DNA of 64,000 nt from an uncultured Pelagibacteraceae bacterium (lineage in GTDB: Bacteria > Pseudomonadota > Alphaproteobacteria > Pelagibacterales > Pelagibacteraceae). Numbering within the stretch: position 1 is the first letter of the stretch; each line of letters opens with the position of its first letter. Of this stretch, positions 1 through 9,927 are shown one piece after another. The DNA lies in assembly GCA_902557935.1 (NCBI GenBank), contig CACECJ010000004.1:1168-65167 (forward strand), written 5' to 3'. Under the pieces are notes generated by a model. That model was given only the letters and a program-made list of their open reading frames with translations. It searched no databases and was not told where the DNA came from. The position numbers and the translations under genes were made by a program.

Positions 1-587
1 AAATGGAACAATTCAGATCCTCATTATATGACTACTATACTGGTGAGAAAATAAAAGTAACACCTCTTGCTTTTATAGCAAAAGCACTTGTAAGTGCTCT
101 GAAGAAATTTCCCAATTTTAATGCTTCAATTGATAGTACTAACGACAAAATCATTTATAAAAAATATTTTCATGTTGGTTTTGCAGTAGATACTCCTCAC
201 GGTCTAATGGTGCCTAAAATAAGAGATGTTGATCAAATGAGTATAAAAGAAATTGGAAGCGCTTTAAGAAAAACAAGTAGACTTTGCAGAGATTTGAAAA
301 TTGATAAGAAGGAATTTTTTGGTGGTTCAATGACGATATCAAGCTTGGGCGGCATTGGAGGTACTTTCTTCACACCGATTATAAATCCTCCTGAGGTAGC
401 GATACTTGGAGTTGGAAAAAGTTTTGATAGATTGGTAAAAGTTAAGGACAAATTTATTTCAAGAAAAATTTTGCCTATTTCACTCTCATATGACCATAGA
501 ATAATTGATGGTGCGGAGGGCGCAAGGTTCTGCGTTTATCTCGGGAAATGTCTTGGCAAAGACTTCGCTTTTAAACTTGCCGTTTAA
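1..587 (+). CDS. aceF: Dihydrolipoamide acyltransferase E2 catalytic domain, probably pyruvate dehydrogenase E2; 5'-truncated by window edge
   Basis: Motifs ISSLGGIGGTFFTPIINPPEVAILG and LSYDHRIIDGA; a separate sucB lies elsewhere in the window. Confidence 0.85.
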   Translation, partial: MEQFRSSLYDYYTGEKIKVTPLAFIAKALVSALKKFPNFNASIDSTNDKIIYKKYFHVGFAVDTPHGLMVPKIRDVDQMSIKEIGSALRKTSRLCRDLKIDKKEFFGGSMTISSLGGIGGTFFTPIINPPEVAILGVGKSFDRLVKVKDKFISRKILPISLSYDHRIIDGAEGARFCVYLGKCLGKDFAFKLAV

Positions 588-610
588 TCAATTATAAAAT
601 AGTACAAGGC

Positions 611-1510
611 ATGAGTAAAAAAGTTTTCTCTCTTATTTGTGCTATCAGTTGCTCTTTAATTTGGGGTTCAGCTTTCGTCGCTCAAGATATGGGAATGGAT
701 TATAACGGACCATTTACTTTTACTTTCGGCAGGTTATTTCTTGGATTTCTTACACTAGTCCCATTTTTATATATTTTTGAATATAAAAAAGTTAATTCAT
801 TAATTTTTAAGAAAGTAAACATTTTAAATCTATTGCTTATTGGATTTCTTCTTTCGATGGGGAATGTCTTACAACAATATGCTCTACTTTATACAGATGT
901 AGCTAATACAGCAGTATTTACAATTTTTTATGTAATTTTAGTTCCATTTGTTGCTTACTACTTTTTTTCAAAAAATATTCATAAATCTGTTTGGCTATCT
1001 ATTATTATTTGTTTATTTGGAGGTATCCTTTTAACTGAGTTCGATAATATCCAAGTAAGAATAGGAGATAGTATTGCAGTTTTTAATGCATTATTTTGGG
1101 CGTTCCATATCGTTTTTATTTCAAGATTTTTGAGAATATTTAATTATCCAATTACTATTGCCTGCCTTCAATGCTTAATTGCATCTATATTTGCATTGAT
1201 GCCAGCTTTTGTTTTTGAAAGTGTTAAATTTTCAAATATGGTTTTAGATGGAAAAGAGATGTTATACGCTGGAATTCTATCAAGTGGAGTGGCGTTTCTT
1301 CTTCAAATTTACGGACAACAAAATCTTTCTCCAGCCCCTGTAGCTATTATATTTTCTCTTGAAGGTGTATTCGCTTCAATTTGCGGATGGATAATTTTAA
1401 GCCAGTTTCTAAACGAAATAAAAATTATAGGAATAATTCTTATTTTATTTGCAGTTATTTTTTCACAATTAGCTCCGTTATATGATAAAAAAAAGTATGG
1501 ACGAGTCTAA
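611..1510 (+). CDS. DMT/EamA family transporter
   Basis: 299 aa, about 10 hydrophobic segments, IWGSAFVAQ start, two EamA-like halves. Confidence 0.85.
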   Translation: MSKKVFSLICAISCSLIWGSAFVAQDMGMDYNGPFTFTFGRLFLGFLTLVPFLYIFEYKKVNSLIFKKVNILNLLLIGFLLSMGNVLQQYALLYTDVANTAVFTIFYVILVPFVAYYFFSKNIHKSVWLSIIICLFGGILLTEFDNIQVRIGDSIAVFNALFWAFHIVFISRFLRIFNYPITIACLQCLIASIFALMPAFVFESVKFSNMVLDGKEMLYAGILSSGVAFLLQIYGQQNLSPAPVAIIFSLEGVFASICGWIILSQFLNEIKIIGIILILFAVIFSQLAPLYDKKKYGRV

Positions 1511-1871
1511 TCAAGGGTTTATGAAACATCTTGGCGGGTTAGAGCTAAAAAAAATTAGTGATACTCAATATGAGTTTACAGTAGAAGTAAAAGAAACACA
1601 TTTAAACACTGGTAAAATTGCGCATGGTGGTTTTCTTTCCACTATAGCAGATACTGGTATGGGAACAGCTGCTCACAGAATTGCTGGTGACAAGAGATGT
1701 GTAACAATTAATTTAGATATGAAATTTATCTCTGTAGGCCAACTTGGTGATAATCTCGTAGGGAAAGTGGAAATATTAAAAAAAACCAAGACGTTAGTTT
1801 TTATAAGCTGTGAAATTTCTAACAATAAAGAAATAGTAGCTTCTGCATCTGGAACCTGGAAAATACTTTAA
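1497..1871 (+). CDS. PaaI-family hotdog-fold thioesterase
   Basis: HLNxxxxAHGGFLSTIADTGMG motif; start ATG 1497 preferred, 1482 possible. Confidence 0.85.
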   Translation: MDESNQGFMKHLGGLELKKISDTQYEFTVEVKETHLNTGKIAHGGFLSTIADTGMGTAAHRIAGDKRCVTINLDMKFISVGQLGDNLVGKVEILKKTKTLVFISCEISNNKEIVASASGTWKIL

Positions 1872-4192
1872 ACAACTCTTCTATAATTTAAATATCCAAA
1901 AACTAATAAAAATAGCAATGCAAAAGGATATACTATTGCTTTATTTGGTCTTTCTGGATTTTCAATTTTAAAATTACTAATAATATCACCCATTTGAATA
2001 CCAGATTTTTTTGCTTCCCCTCTCCAGTTTAGTTTATCAACAGTTAGTTGATCATTCTGGTCGACTAATGTTACGCCATATTCTTCGAGGTTATAATTAT
2101 TTTCAAATTTACCTTTATTGATAACAAATAATTTATACCTTTCTCCATATTCAGTAACTCGAGTTACTTTAATATGAACTTCTTTTGATGGGTCAAAAGA
2201 TAAATTTTGAATATTTTCTGCCGAAAGTTTTTGCTCATTAAATTTAGGATAGAATTTACCTAAAACATAATCTGGAGCTAGAAAAGATAAAGATATTATT
2301 AAAAATGCTATGATTTCATACCATTTTAACTTATTTATAAACCATTGTTGAGTAGCAGCAGTAAAAACTAAAATTCCAATCAATGAAGTTACTATAACTA
2401 ATAAAGCTTGCCAGATACTATCTACTCCTATTAATAGTAGCTCGTGATTAAACAAAAAGACTATTGGTAAAATTCCAGTTCTTAAACTATACCAAATAGC
2501 TTGAAGTCCTGTTCTTAAAGGATCGCCACCAGAAATTGCAGCTGCTGCATAAGATGCTAAACCAACAGGGGGTGTTACATCGGCCATCAATCCAAAATAA
2601 AATACGAATAAGTGAACAGCAATTAAAGGAAAAATAAAGCCAGAGGCATTTCCAACATCAACTAAAACTGTAGCCATTAGAGAGGCTACTACTACATAGT
2701 TTGCAGTTGTAGGAAGACCCATACCAAGTAACAAGCAAAGTATAATAGTTAAAAAAATTAATATAATTACATTGTCTCTTGCAATTGTCTCAATCACTAT
2801 GATTAAATTTGTACTTAGACCTGTAGATCCAACTGCACCAACAATTATCCCTGCTGTGGCGATTGCGATCCCTACCCCTACCATGTTAATTGCACCTTTT
2901 TGAAGACCAACTATTGTTTGATTGTACCAATCTATTAAACCAGTTTTAAAATCTGGATTTTTAATTATGCGACTTACTAAGTTTACTATTACTAAAGATA
3001 ACGTTGCGTAGAAGATAGAAAAACCTGCTGTGTATCTCATATAAACAAGTAAAAAAATTAAAACAAAAATAGGTATTAAAAAATGCAGTCCAGATAAAAA
3101 AGTTTTCTTGAGATGCGGAACATCAGCGTCATCCATCCCTTTTAATCCTAATTTAAGAGCCTCTAAGTGAGATATATAAAATAAAGCAATGTAAGAAATG
3201 ATAGCTGGTAAAAAAGCATGTTTTACAACTTCAAAATAAGTAACACCTATAAAACTTGCCATAACAAATGCAGCCGCTCCCATAACTGGAGGCATTATTT
3301 GTCCATTAACAGATGAAGAAACTTCAATAGCACCAGCTTTCTCTTGAGAGAAACCTGTTTTTTTCATTATTGGAATCGTAAAAGTTCCAGTTGTTACAGT
3401 ATTTGCAATTGAGGAACCTGAAATCATTCCAGTCATTCCAGATCCTAATATTGCAGCTTTAGCTGGACCTCCTCGCATTTTACCAACCATTGCAAAAGCT
3501 AAGTCTAAAAAATACTTTCCACCTCCTGCGGTTTCTAATAAAGCTCCAAATAATACGAATAAAAAAATGAAATCTACTGAAACTCCTATTGGAATTCCAA
3601 ATATTGCTTCTTGATCAAACCATTGAAATCCAACTAGTCTTTTTACAGAAAGTCCACCATGAGAAATAATATCAGGAGCATATTTTCCAAAATAAGAAAA
3701 TAAGAGAAAACAGACTGCAATAATAACTAAAGGTAAGCCTATGGCTCTTCTAGTTGCTTCTAATAAAATTAATATACCTATGGCCCCAATTATAAGCTCA
3801 ACTGGAACTTTAAAACCAAATATTTCTTTTACTAAAAGAATACCACCTCTATTTACTAAATCGTCATAGAAAAAATAAATATATAAGCAACTTAATGCCC
3901 CAGTTATACTAATTATAATATCAAGTATTGAAATCTTTTTTCCCCTAACTGCTGGAAAAATTAAAAAAGCTAAAGTTAAAGCAAAACCTAGATGAATAGC
4001 TCTAGCAGGCAGTCCTTTGAACATTCCAAAATTGAACCAAAAAGGAAAAGGAGATGCATACCAAAGTTGAAAAAATGTCCAAAGAATAGCAATTCCAAAA
4101 ACTATTTTTAAATGAATGCCTGATAAATTTCGAGTTGGAGAAATATCTTCTTGTATTTTATCTTTTATCTTACTTTGAATGTTTTGATTCAT
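1868..4192 (-). CDS. TRAP transporter fused 4TM/12TM permease (TAXI type)
   Basis: 774 aa polytopic; GGPAKAA, GQIMPPVMGAAAF, LGMGLPTTANY and ADVTPPVGLASYAAA motifs; adjacent TAXI binding protein. Confidence 0.92.
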   Translation of the reverse strand: MNQNIQSKIKDKIQEDISPTRNLSGIHLKIVFGIAILWTFFQLWYASPFPFWFNFGMFKGLPARAIHLGFALTLAFLIFPAVRGKKISILDIIISITGALSCLYIYFFYDDLVNRGGILLVKEIFGFKVPVELIIGAIGILILLEATRRAIGLPLVIIAVCFLLFSYFGKYAPDIISHGGLSVKRLVGFQWFDQEAIFGIPIGVSVDFIFLFVLFGALLETAGGGKYFLDLAFAMVGKMRGGPAKAAILGSGMTGMISGSSIANTVTTGTFTIPIMKKTGFSQEKAGAIEVSSSVNGQIMPPVMGAAAFVMASFIGVTYFEVVKHAFLPAIISYIALFYISHLEALKLGLKGMDDADVPHLKKTFLSGLHFLIPIFVLIFLLVYMRYTAGFSIFYATLSLVIVNLVSRIIKNPDFKTGLIDWYNQTIVGLQKGAINMVGVGIAIATAGIIVGAVGSTGLSTNLIIVIETIARDNVIILIFLTIILCLLLGMGLPTTANYVVVASLMATVLVDVGNASGFIFPLIAVHLFVFYFGLMADVTPPVGLASYAAAAISGGDPLRTGLQAIWYSLRTGILPIVFLFNHELLLIGVDSIWQALLVIVTSLIGILVFTAATQQWFINKLKWYEIIAFLIISLSFLAPDYVLGKFYPKFNEQKLSAENIQNLSFDPSKEVHIKVTRVTEYGERYKLFVINKGKFENNYNLEEYGVTLVDQNDQLTVDKLNWRGEAKKSGIQMGDIISNFKIENPERPNKAIVYPFALLFLLVFGYLNYRRVV

Positions 4193-4214
4193 TTTAGCTA
4201 AGATACCTTATTCT

Positions 4215-4249
4215 AAAAAAAAAGGCCCAAAAAATATTGGGCCTTTTTT
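4215..4249 (-). terminator. Intrinsic terminator or stabilising hairpin between TAXI binding protein and permease
   Basis: Inverted repeat AAAGGCCCAA(4221-4230)/TTGGGCCTTT(4237-4246); the A9 run at 4215-4223 gives a U-tract on the minus strand. Confidence 0.8.
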
Positions 4250-4269
4250 AATTTAACTATAAAGTTGAA

Positions 4270-5274
4270 TTACATTAATCCAGCTTCTTTGTAGTACTTA
4301 ATTGCACCTGGATGTAATGGAGCTGATAATCCATCAGCTATCATGTTTTTCTTTTCCAGAGGTCCAAAAGCAGGGTGTTGAGCTCTGAAATCATCAAAGT
4401 TTTCCATCACCGCTTTTGTAACTAAGTATACAAGCTCTTCAGAAACATTTGCGCTTGTAACAACAGTAGCTTTTACACCAAACGTTGTAGCGTCTTTTTT
4501 CTGATTTGAGTAAGTTCCTTTTGGAATAACTGCTTTAGCATAATAGTCTGCTCCATCAATTAAACCTTGAACTGGTGCACCTGTTAAATTAATTGGGCTA
4601 GCTTTTGCTTTACAAGTTGCTGCTTGCTCCATAGCACCATTTGGAAATCCTACTGAGTATCCAAATGCATCTATTTTACCATCACAAAGAGCTTTAACTT
4701 GCTCAGAAGAAGTAAGTTCAGTAGTTGCTTTGAACATACTCATATCTGCTCCCATAGCTTTCATTAATTCTTCCATAGTTCCTCTTTGACCAGAACCTGG
4801 GTTACCGATGTTTACTGTTTTTCCTTTTAGGCCTTTAAAATTCTTAATTCCAGATTTTTTACTTGCCCAAATTTGGAAAGGTTCATTGTGAACAGAAAAT
4901 ACAGCTCTTAAGTCGCTAAACTGTTTTCCTTCCCATTTGCTTGAACCATTGTAAGCATGATACTGCCAGTCTGACTGAGCAACACCAAATTGAAACTCAC
5001 CATCTTTGATTTGTCCAATATTATAGTTAGAACCACCTGTTGAAGGTGCAGTACATCTATAAGCTTTAGCCGTACCTTTTTTTCTACCGTGATCAGCACT
5101 GATTGCTGATTTATGTAACATTTTACATATAGCGTTACCTGTTTGGAAATAAACTCCAGTAGGTCCACCTGTTCCTATAGTAAAGAACTCTGCTGATTTT
5201 GCGATTGAAGTAAATGGGCTTGAAAAAGCAAACATTACTAATACCGCAGAAATCACTGATATCATTTTTCTCAT
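4270..5274 (-). CDS. TAXI family TRAP solute-binding protein
   Basis: Signal peptide; TIGTGGPTGVYF, STGGSNYN and PLHPGAIKYY motifs; SD-like AAAGGGAG upstream. Confidence 0.92.
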   Translation of the reverse strand: MRKMISVISAVLVMFAFSSPFTSIAKSAEFFTIGTGGPTGVYFQTGNAICKMLHKSAISADHGRKKGTAKAYRCTAPSTGGSNYNIGQIKDGEFQFGVAQSDWQYHAYNGSSKWEGKQFSDLRAVFSVHNEPFQIWASKKSGIKNFKGLKGKTVNIGNPGSGQRGTMEELMKAMGADMSMFKATTELTSSEQVKALCDGKIDAFGYSVGFPNGAMEQAATCKAKASPINLTGAPVQGLIDGADYYAKAVIPKGTYSNQKKDATTFGVKATVVTSANVSEELVYLVTKAVMENFDDFRAQHPAFGPLEKKNMIADGLSAPLHPGAIKYYKEAGLM

Positions 5275-5337
5275 GTGTTCTCCCTTTTGTTAATTGATTA
5301 ATTTAACTACGATATTCAGTTGAGGTCAAAGAGATTC

Positions 5338-6576
5338 TTATAAATTTTTAGCCCAATTTGAGAGCTTGGCAGTACCCTCAACTACATTTGGGGCATACTT
5401 CTTGATCATTTCTTCACTGATAGATTTGTAATCTGTAACTTTTTTGAAAAATTGTACTCCGTCAAAGTCAGTATAACTCAATCTAGTTAACATTTTATTT
5501 GGTTTGAAACCAAAATCAGAGCCAGGTAACATTGCTACTCCTGTATCGTGCAATATGGCTTCACATAGTTGTGAGGAACTTTTAAATTTTTTATTTTTAA
5601 ATTCAGGCATTAAATAGAAAGCTCCTTGAGGAGGGTTGATTAAAATTTTATTTGATTTCAAATTATTATAAACAAAAGTACCCACTGCATTAAGTATTGC
5701 TCTAACTTTTAATTTATAATCCTCATAATCACCATTATAAGCCTCGACAGCAGCAAATTGAGTTGGTGTATTTACAGTTGAATATGACTCACTTGCTAAT
5801 GATTTTAAACTGTTCATAAATTCTTTTGATCCGTTTGGCACTGCTAAAAATCCCAATCTCCATCCTCCTGCTCCACACCATTTGCTCAGACCTCCGCTTA
5901 TAAACGTATGATCAGGGTAGTATTTGGAAATGGATTGATATTTATTATCGAATGATAAGTCAGTGTAAATTTCATCAGAGAGAATGATTAAATTATATTT
6001 TTTTGCTATTTTAGCTATTTCTTCAAAGTTTTCACAAATTGCACCAGATGGATTATTTGGTGAGTTTAAAATAAGAATTATATTTTTTTTTTTACTAATT
6101 TTCTTTAATTTATTTTCAAGTTCTTTAGCGGTAGGAAACCAATTATTCACTTTTGAAGTCTCCAACCAATGAACTTTATTCCTACCTATCTCTGCTTGAG
6201 GTTCATAAGAAACCCAACTCGGGGCTGGCGTTAAAATTTCACCATTAAAAGTAACATGCATAAGTAGCATTGCCTCTTTTGACCCTGGTGTGATAAGGAT
6301 ATTTTCTTTGGGGTATTTTACTCCTGTTCTATTAAATAAATAATTTGAGATTTTTTCTCTTAATTCAGGCAAGCCTTGGATAGGCAAATATTCTTTTTTA
6401 GATGCGTTCAGTCTTAATGCTTCAACTATCTTTTCTGGAATTTGAAATGGTGATTGCCCAAAGCCAAATCTATAAATTTTTTTACCTACTTTAATTAATT
6501 CTTTAGATTTTTCATTAATTGCTAAAGTAGAAGACTCTTTTAGTTTTAGGATATTTTTTTTTATTTTTGTAGTCAT
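5338..6576 (-). CDS. PLP-dependent class I/II aminotransferase (aspartate aminotransferase-like)
   Basis: NSPNNPSG, SDEIY and LSKWCGAGGWRLG (PLP lysine) motifs. Confidence 0.88.
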   Translation of the reverse strand: MTTKIKKNILKLKESSTLAINEKSKELIKVGKKIYRFGFGQSPFQIPEKIVEALRLNASKKEYLPIQGLPELREKISNYLFNRTGVKYPKENILITPGSKEAMLLMHVTFNGEILTPAPSWVSYEPQAEIGRNKVHWLETSKVNNWFPTAKELENKLKKISKKKNIILILNSPNNPSGAICENFEEIAKIAKKYNLIILSDEIYTDLSFDNKYQSISKYYPDHTFISGGLSKWCGAGGWRLGFLAVPNGSKEFMNSLKSLASESYSTVNTPTQFAAVEAYNGDYEDYKLKVRAILNAVGTFVYNNLKSNKILINPPQGAFYLMPEFKNKKFKSSSQLCEAILHDTGVAMLPGSDFGFKPNKMLTRLSYTDFDGVQFFKKVTDYKSISEEMIKKYAPNVVEGTAKLSNWAKNL

Positions 6577-6641
6577 TCAAACGATTAACCTATACGGGGA
6601 CTAACTACGAAAAGTCAAATCAATTGTTAAAATGGGAACAT

Positions 6642-6670
6642 TTGACAAATTGATTCGGTCATGTTTTAAT
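6642..6670 (+). promoter_or_regulatory. Putative sigma70 promoter of the helicase cluster
   Basis: TTGACA(6642-6647)-17 nt-TTTAAT(6665-6670), preceded by TGn. Confidence 0.5.
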
Positions 6671-6729
6671 CCTACTTTGTTCTCAAATTTGATCTACATA
6701 TAGTATAAAGAAAAAAAGTTTACACAAAA

Positions 6730-9195
6730 ATGAAAAATCAGTCTGACAGAATTATAGCATTACTAGGGCCAACAAACACAGGTAAAACACATGTGGCAAT
6801 TGAAGAAATGCTTAAACATGACTCTGGAATATTTGGTCTGCCATTGAGGCTCTTGGCAAGAGAGGTATATGATAAATGTGTAAACAAACTTGGAAAAGAA
6901 AAAGTTGCTTTAATTACTGGTGAAGAGAAAATAATTCCTAGTTCGGCTAAATTTTTCATATGCACAGTAGAGTCAATGCCGAAAGATAAAGAAGTAGAAT
7001 TTATTGCAATTGACGAAATTCAAATGTGCGCTGATAGAGAGAGGGGGCATATTTTTACAGAGAGATTACTAGAGTCCAGAGGTAATAAGCTCACGATGTT
7101 CTTAGGTTCTCAAGTTATGGAGAATATAATTAAAGATCTTGTAGAAAAAGTAGAATTTGAAAAAAAGGAAAGATTTTCAAAGTTGAGTTATTCAGGAGTT
7201 AAAAAAATATCTAGGTTAGATAGAAAAGTTGCAATAATAGCTTTTTCAATTGAAGAAGTTTACGCAATTGCAGAATTAGTGCGAAGACAAAAAGGTGGTG
7301 CAGCAGTAATAATGGGTTCATTAAGTCCTAAAACCAGAAATTCTCAAGTAGGTTTATATCAGTCTGGTGACGTTGATTATCTTATCGCAACAGACGCTAT
7401 AGGGATGGGTCTTAATATGGATATTAATGAAATCTATTTTTCCAATCTAAAAAAATTTGATGGAAAGAAAACAAGAAGACTTAATTTAATTGAAATGTCT
7501 CAAATCGCCGGACGAGCTGGCAGATACAAAAATGATGGTGGCTTTGGAACAACTGGTGATTGTGAAACACTTAATTCAGACGAAATTGAAAAAATTGAAA
7601 AACATCAACTACCAGAGACAAAAATGATCTTTTGGAGAAATTCTCATTTAAACTTTGAAACTCCAAATAAACTAATAACATCGCTAGAATTAAAACCAAA
7701 TAAAAAAAATCTTATGAGAACAAATGATTCTTTAGATGAAAGCGTTTTGAGATTTTTTCTTAAGAAGGGAGCAAACAATATCATTTATCATAAAAATTTA
7801 GAACTGCTTTGGGAATGTTGCCAAATACCCGATTTTGAAAAAAGAGCCTACAACCAACATTTAAATATTATAGATAAAGTTTTTCAATTTCTTTCAACAA
7901 GAAAAAAAAGAATTCCTAACTCATTTATGAAAGATCAACTAAAAGGTCTAGAAAAAGATCATGGAAATATTGATTTATTGTCTCATAGATTGTCTAATGT
8001 AAGAACTTGGTCTTATGTAGCTAATAAAAAAAACTGGGTAGAAAATTCTGATTATTGGGTACAATTAACTAAAAATATTGAAGATAAATTATCTGATAAA
8101 CTTCATAACGAGTTAACAAAAAGTTTCATAGATAAAAAAATCAGCATTTTGTCAAGAAGCTTAAAACAAGATTTAGTTTTGAACACCGAAATAAATGAAG
8201 AAAATAAGATTTTTATTGATGGGCAATTAATAGGGGAACTAAAAGGTCTTAAGTTTATTATTGAGATCACATCTAAAACACTAGACACAGACATTAAATC
8301 CATAAAGAAAGCTACAAGAAGAGGCGTAGAGCAGGAGTTAATGAAAAGAGTTCAGAAGATTATTAATGGTGATCAATTAAGTATCAATAAAGAAAATAAA
8401 ATTATTTGGAATAATAATCCAATTGCAAGACTCAAAAAAGGAGGGGATTATTTAAGTCCAGAAATAGAGATTATCGCAGACGACTCACTTAACGATGAAT
8501 CAAAATTAAAGTTAAACTCGTTTTTACAAAACTGGCTGACTGAACACACTAATGATGTTTTAGGAGATTTAATAAACCTTAAAAAGTATAAAATTAAAAA
8601 TCAGTATCTTAGAGGTCTAGTTTTTCAGTTATATGAGAAGAATGGGGTTATAAAAAGAAATGAAATCGAAAAAATTGTAAAATTAATTCCAGTTGAAGAA
8701 AGGAGGAGATTATGGGGTATGGGAATTAAAATTGGAAGATATCATATTTATTTACCAAAAATGTTGAAGCCTAAAGCGGTAGAATTTCGTATTAATTTAT
8801 GGAAATTATTTCATAATATCTCACATGAGCAATCAATACCAAAATCAGGATTAAACTTTTTAATTAGTAAAAATTTTGAAAAAAATTATTTACTTTTATG
8901 TGGATTTGAAAATTTTAAAGAATTTTTCGTAAGAATTGACATTTTAGAAAAGCTTTTTATACAAATAATGACGACAACGAAAGATAAAAAGTTCAAAATA
9001 AACTCTGAAATGATGAATTTAGTAGGTTGTTCAAAAGAAAATTTTTACAAATTAATGACTTATATGAACTATCAGAAGGACAAAGTGAAAGATACATACA
9101 TATTTAAAGGCGAAAAAAAGAGAAAAGAAAAATTCATAAAGTTTGACAAAAAAGAGAATCCATTTAATAAACTTCTATCCTTAAATTTAAAATAA
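6730..9195 (+). CDS. SF2 helicase, Suv3-like alphaproteobacterial type
   Basis: GPTNTGKT, DEIQ, ATDAIGMGLN and QIAGRAGR motifs. Confidence 0.9.
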   Translation: MKNQSDRIIALLGPTNTGKTHVAIEEMLKHDSGIFGLPLRLLAREVYDKCVNKLGKEKVALITGEEKIIPSSAKFFICTVESMPKDKEVEFIAIDEIQMCADRERGHIFTERLLESRGNKLTMFLGSQVMENIIKDLVEKVEFEKKERFSKLSYSGVKKISRLDRKVAIIAFSIEEVYAIAELVRRQKGGAAVIMGSLSPKTRNSQVGLYQSGDVDYLIATDAIGMGLNMDINEIYFSNLKKFDGKKTRRLNLIEMSQIAGRAGRYKNDGGFGTTGDCETLNSDEIEKIEKHQLPETKMIFWRNSHLNFETPNKLITSLELKPNKKNLMRTNDSLDESVLRFFLKKGANNIIYHKNLELLWECCQIPDFEKRAYNQHLNIIDKVFQFLSTRKKRIPNSFMKDQLKGLEKDHGNIDLLSHRLSNVRTWSYVANKKNWVENSDYWVQLTKNIEDKLSDKLHNELTKSFIDKKISILSRSLKQDLVLNTEINEENKIFIDGQLIGELKGLKFIIEITSKTLDTDIKSIKKATRRGVEQELMKRVQKIINGDQLSINKENKIIWNNNPIARLKKGGDYLSPEIEIIADDSLNDESKLKLNSFLQNWLTEHTNDVLGDLINLKKYKIKNQYLRGLVFQLYEKNGVIKRNEIEKIVKLIPVEERRRLWGMGIKIGRYHIYLPKMLKPKAVEFRINLWKLFHNISHEQSIPKSGLNFLISKNFEKNYLLLCGFENFKEFFVRIDILEKLFIQIMTTTKDKKFKINSEMMNLVGCSKENFYKLMTYMNYQKDKVKDTYIFKGEKKRKEKFIKFDKKENPFNKLLSLNLK

Positions 9196-9587
9196 TGACT
9201 GATATAGACAAAAAAAGTTTGACCGGTATTGCAGCTCTTCTAGTTCATGCTGCAAAAATTGATGAACTTTACTCAGAAAATGAAAAAAACCTTATTAAAG
9301 ACTTTATAAATTCTTATTCATCAAATGAAAATTCTGATGAAATTCTAAAAGAAGCAGAGGAAATTGAAAATAATTCAAACCAGTTATTAAATTTTACAAA
9401 TATAATAAAGCAAAATTCTTTAGATGTTAAAAAAGATATTCTTGAACATTTGTGGAAAGTTATTATTTCAGATAATACGGTAGATCAATATGAGTCTAAT
9501 CTAATGAGAAGAATTTGTGGTTTAATATATGTCCCTGACAAAATTAGTGCTGAAATAAAATTACAACTGATGGAAAAAATAAAATGA
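9195..9587 (+). CDS. TerB-like protein
   Basis: [11 protein letters not shown]...E and LWKVIISD...[12 protein letters not shown] pattern typical of the TerB fold. Confidence 0.75.
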   Translation: MTDIDKKSLTGIAALLVHAAKIDELYSENEKNLIKDFINSYSSNENSDEILKEAEEIENNSNQLLNFTNIIKQNSLDVKKDILEHLWKVIISDNTVDQYESNLMRRICGLIYVPDKISAEIKLQLMEKIK

Positions 9588-9925
9588 CTTATATTGTAAA
9601 AGATGAATGTATAAAATGTAAGCTTACTGATTGTGTAGAAGTTTGTCCAGTCGACTGTTTTTATGAAGGGGAGAATATGCTCGTAATTAACCCAGAAGAA
9701 TGTATTGATTGCGGAGTTTGTGAACCCGAGTGTCCAATAGATGCAATTAAAGCTGACAATGACGATAGTGTAGAGGATAAAGAAAAATGGTTGTTGATAA
9801 ATAAAAAGTTTTCTGCAATATGGCCTAATATTTCAAAAAAAAAAGAACCGATGGAAAATCACGAAGATTTTAAAGATATTAAAAATAAATTTAAGGACCA
9901 CTTTTCAGAAAAACCAGGAAAATAA
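9584..9925 (+). CDS. fdxA: 7Fe/8Fe dicluster ferredoxin FdxA
   Basis: [18 protein letters not shown] and [12 protein letters not shown]. Confidence 0.95.
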   Translation: MTYIVKDECIKCKLTDCVEVCPVDCFYEGENMLVINPEECIDCGVCEPECPIDAIKADNDDSVEDKEKWLLINKKFSAIWPNISKKKEPMENHEDFKDIKNKFKDHFSEKPGK

Positions 9926-9927
9926 AA

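Noticed and set aside
6668-6694. Possible alphaproteobacterial LexA box (AATC-N7-GTTC, or GTTC-N8-GATC)
   Set aside because: The half-site is too degenerate or the spacing is wrong relative to GTTC-N7-GTTC
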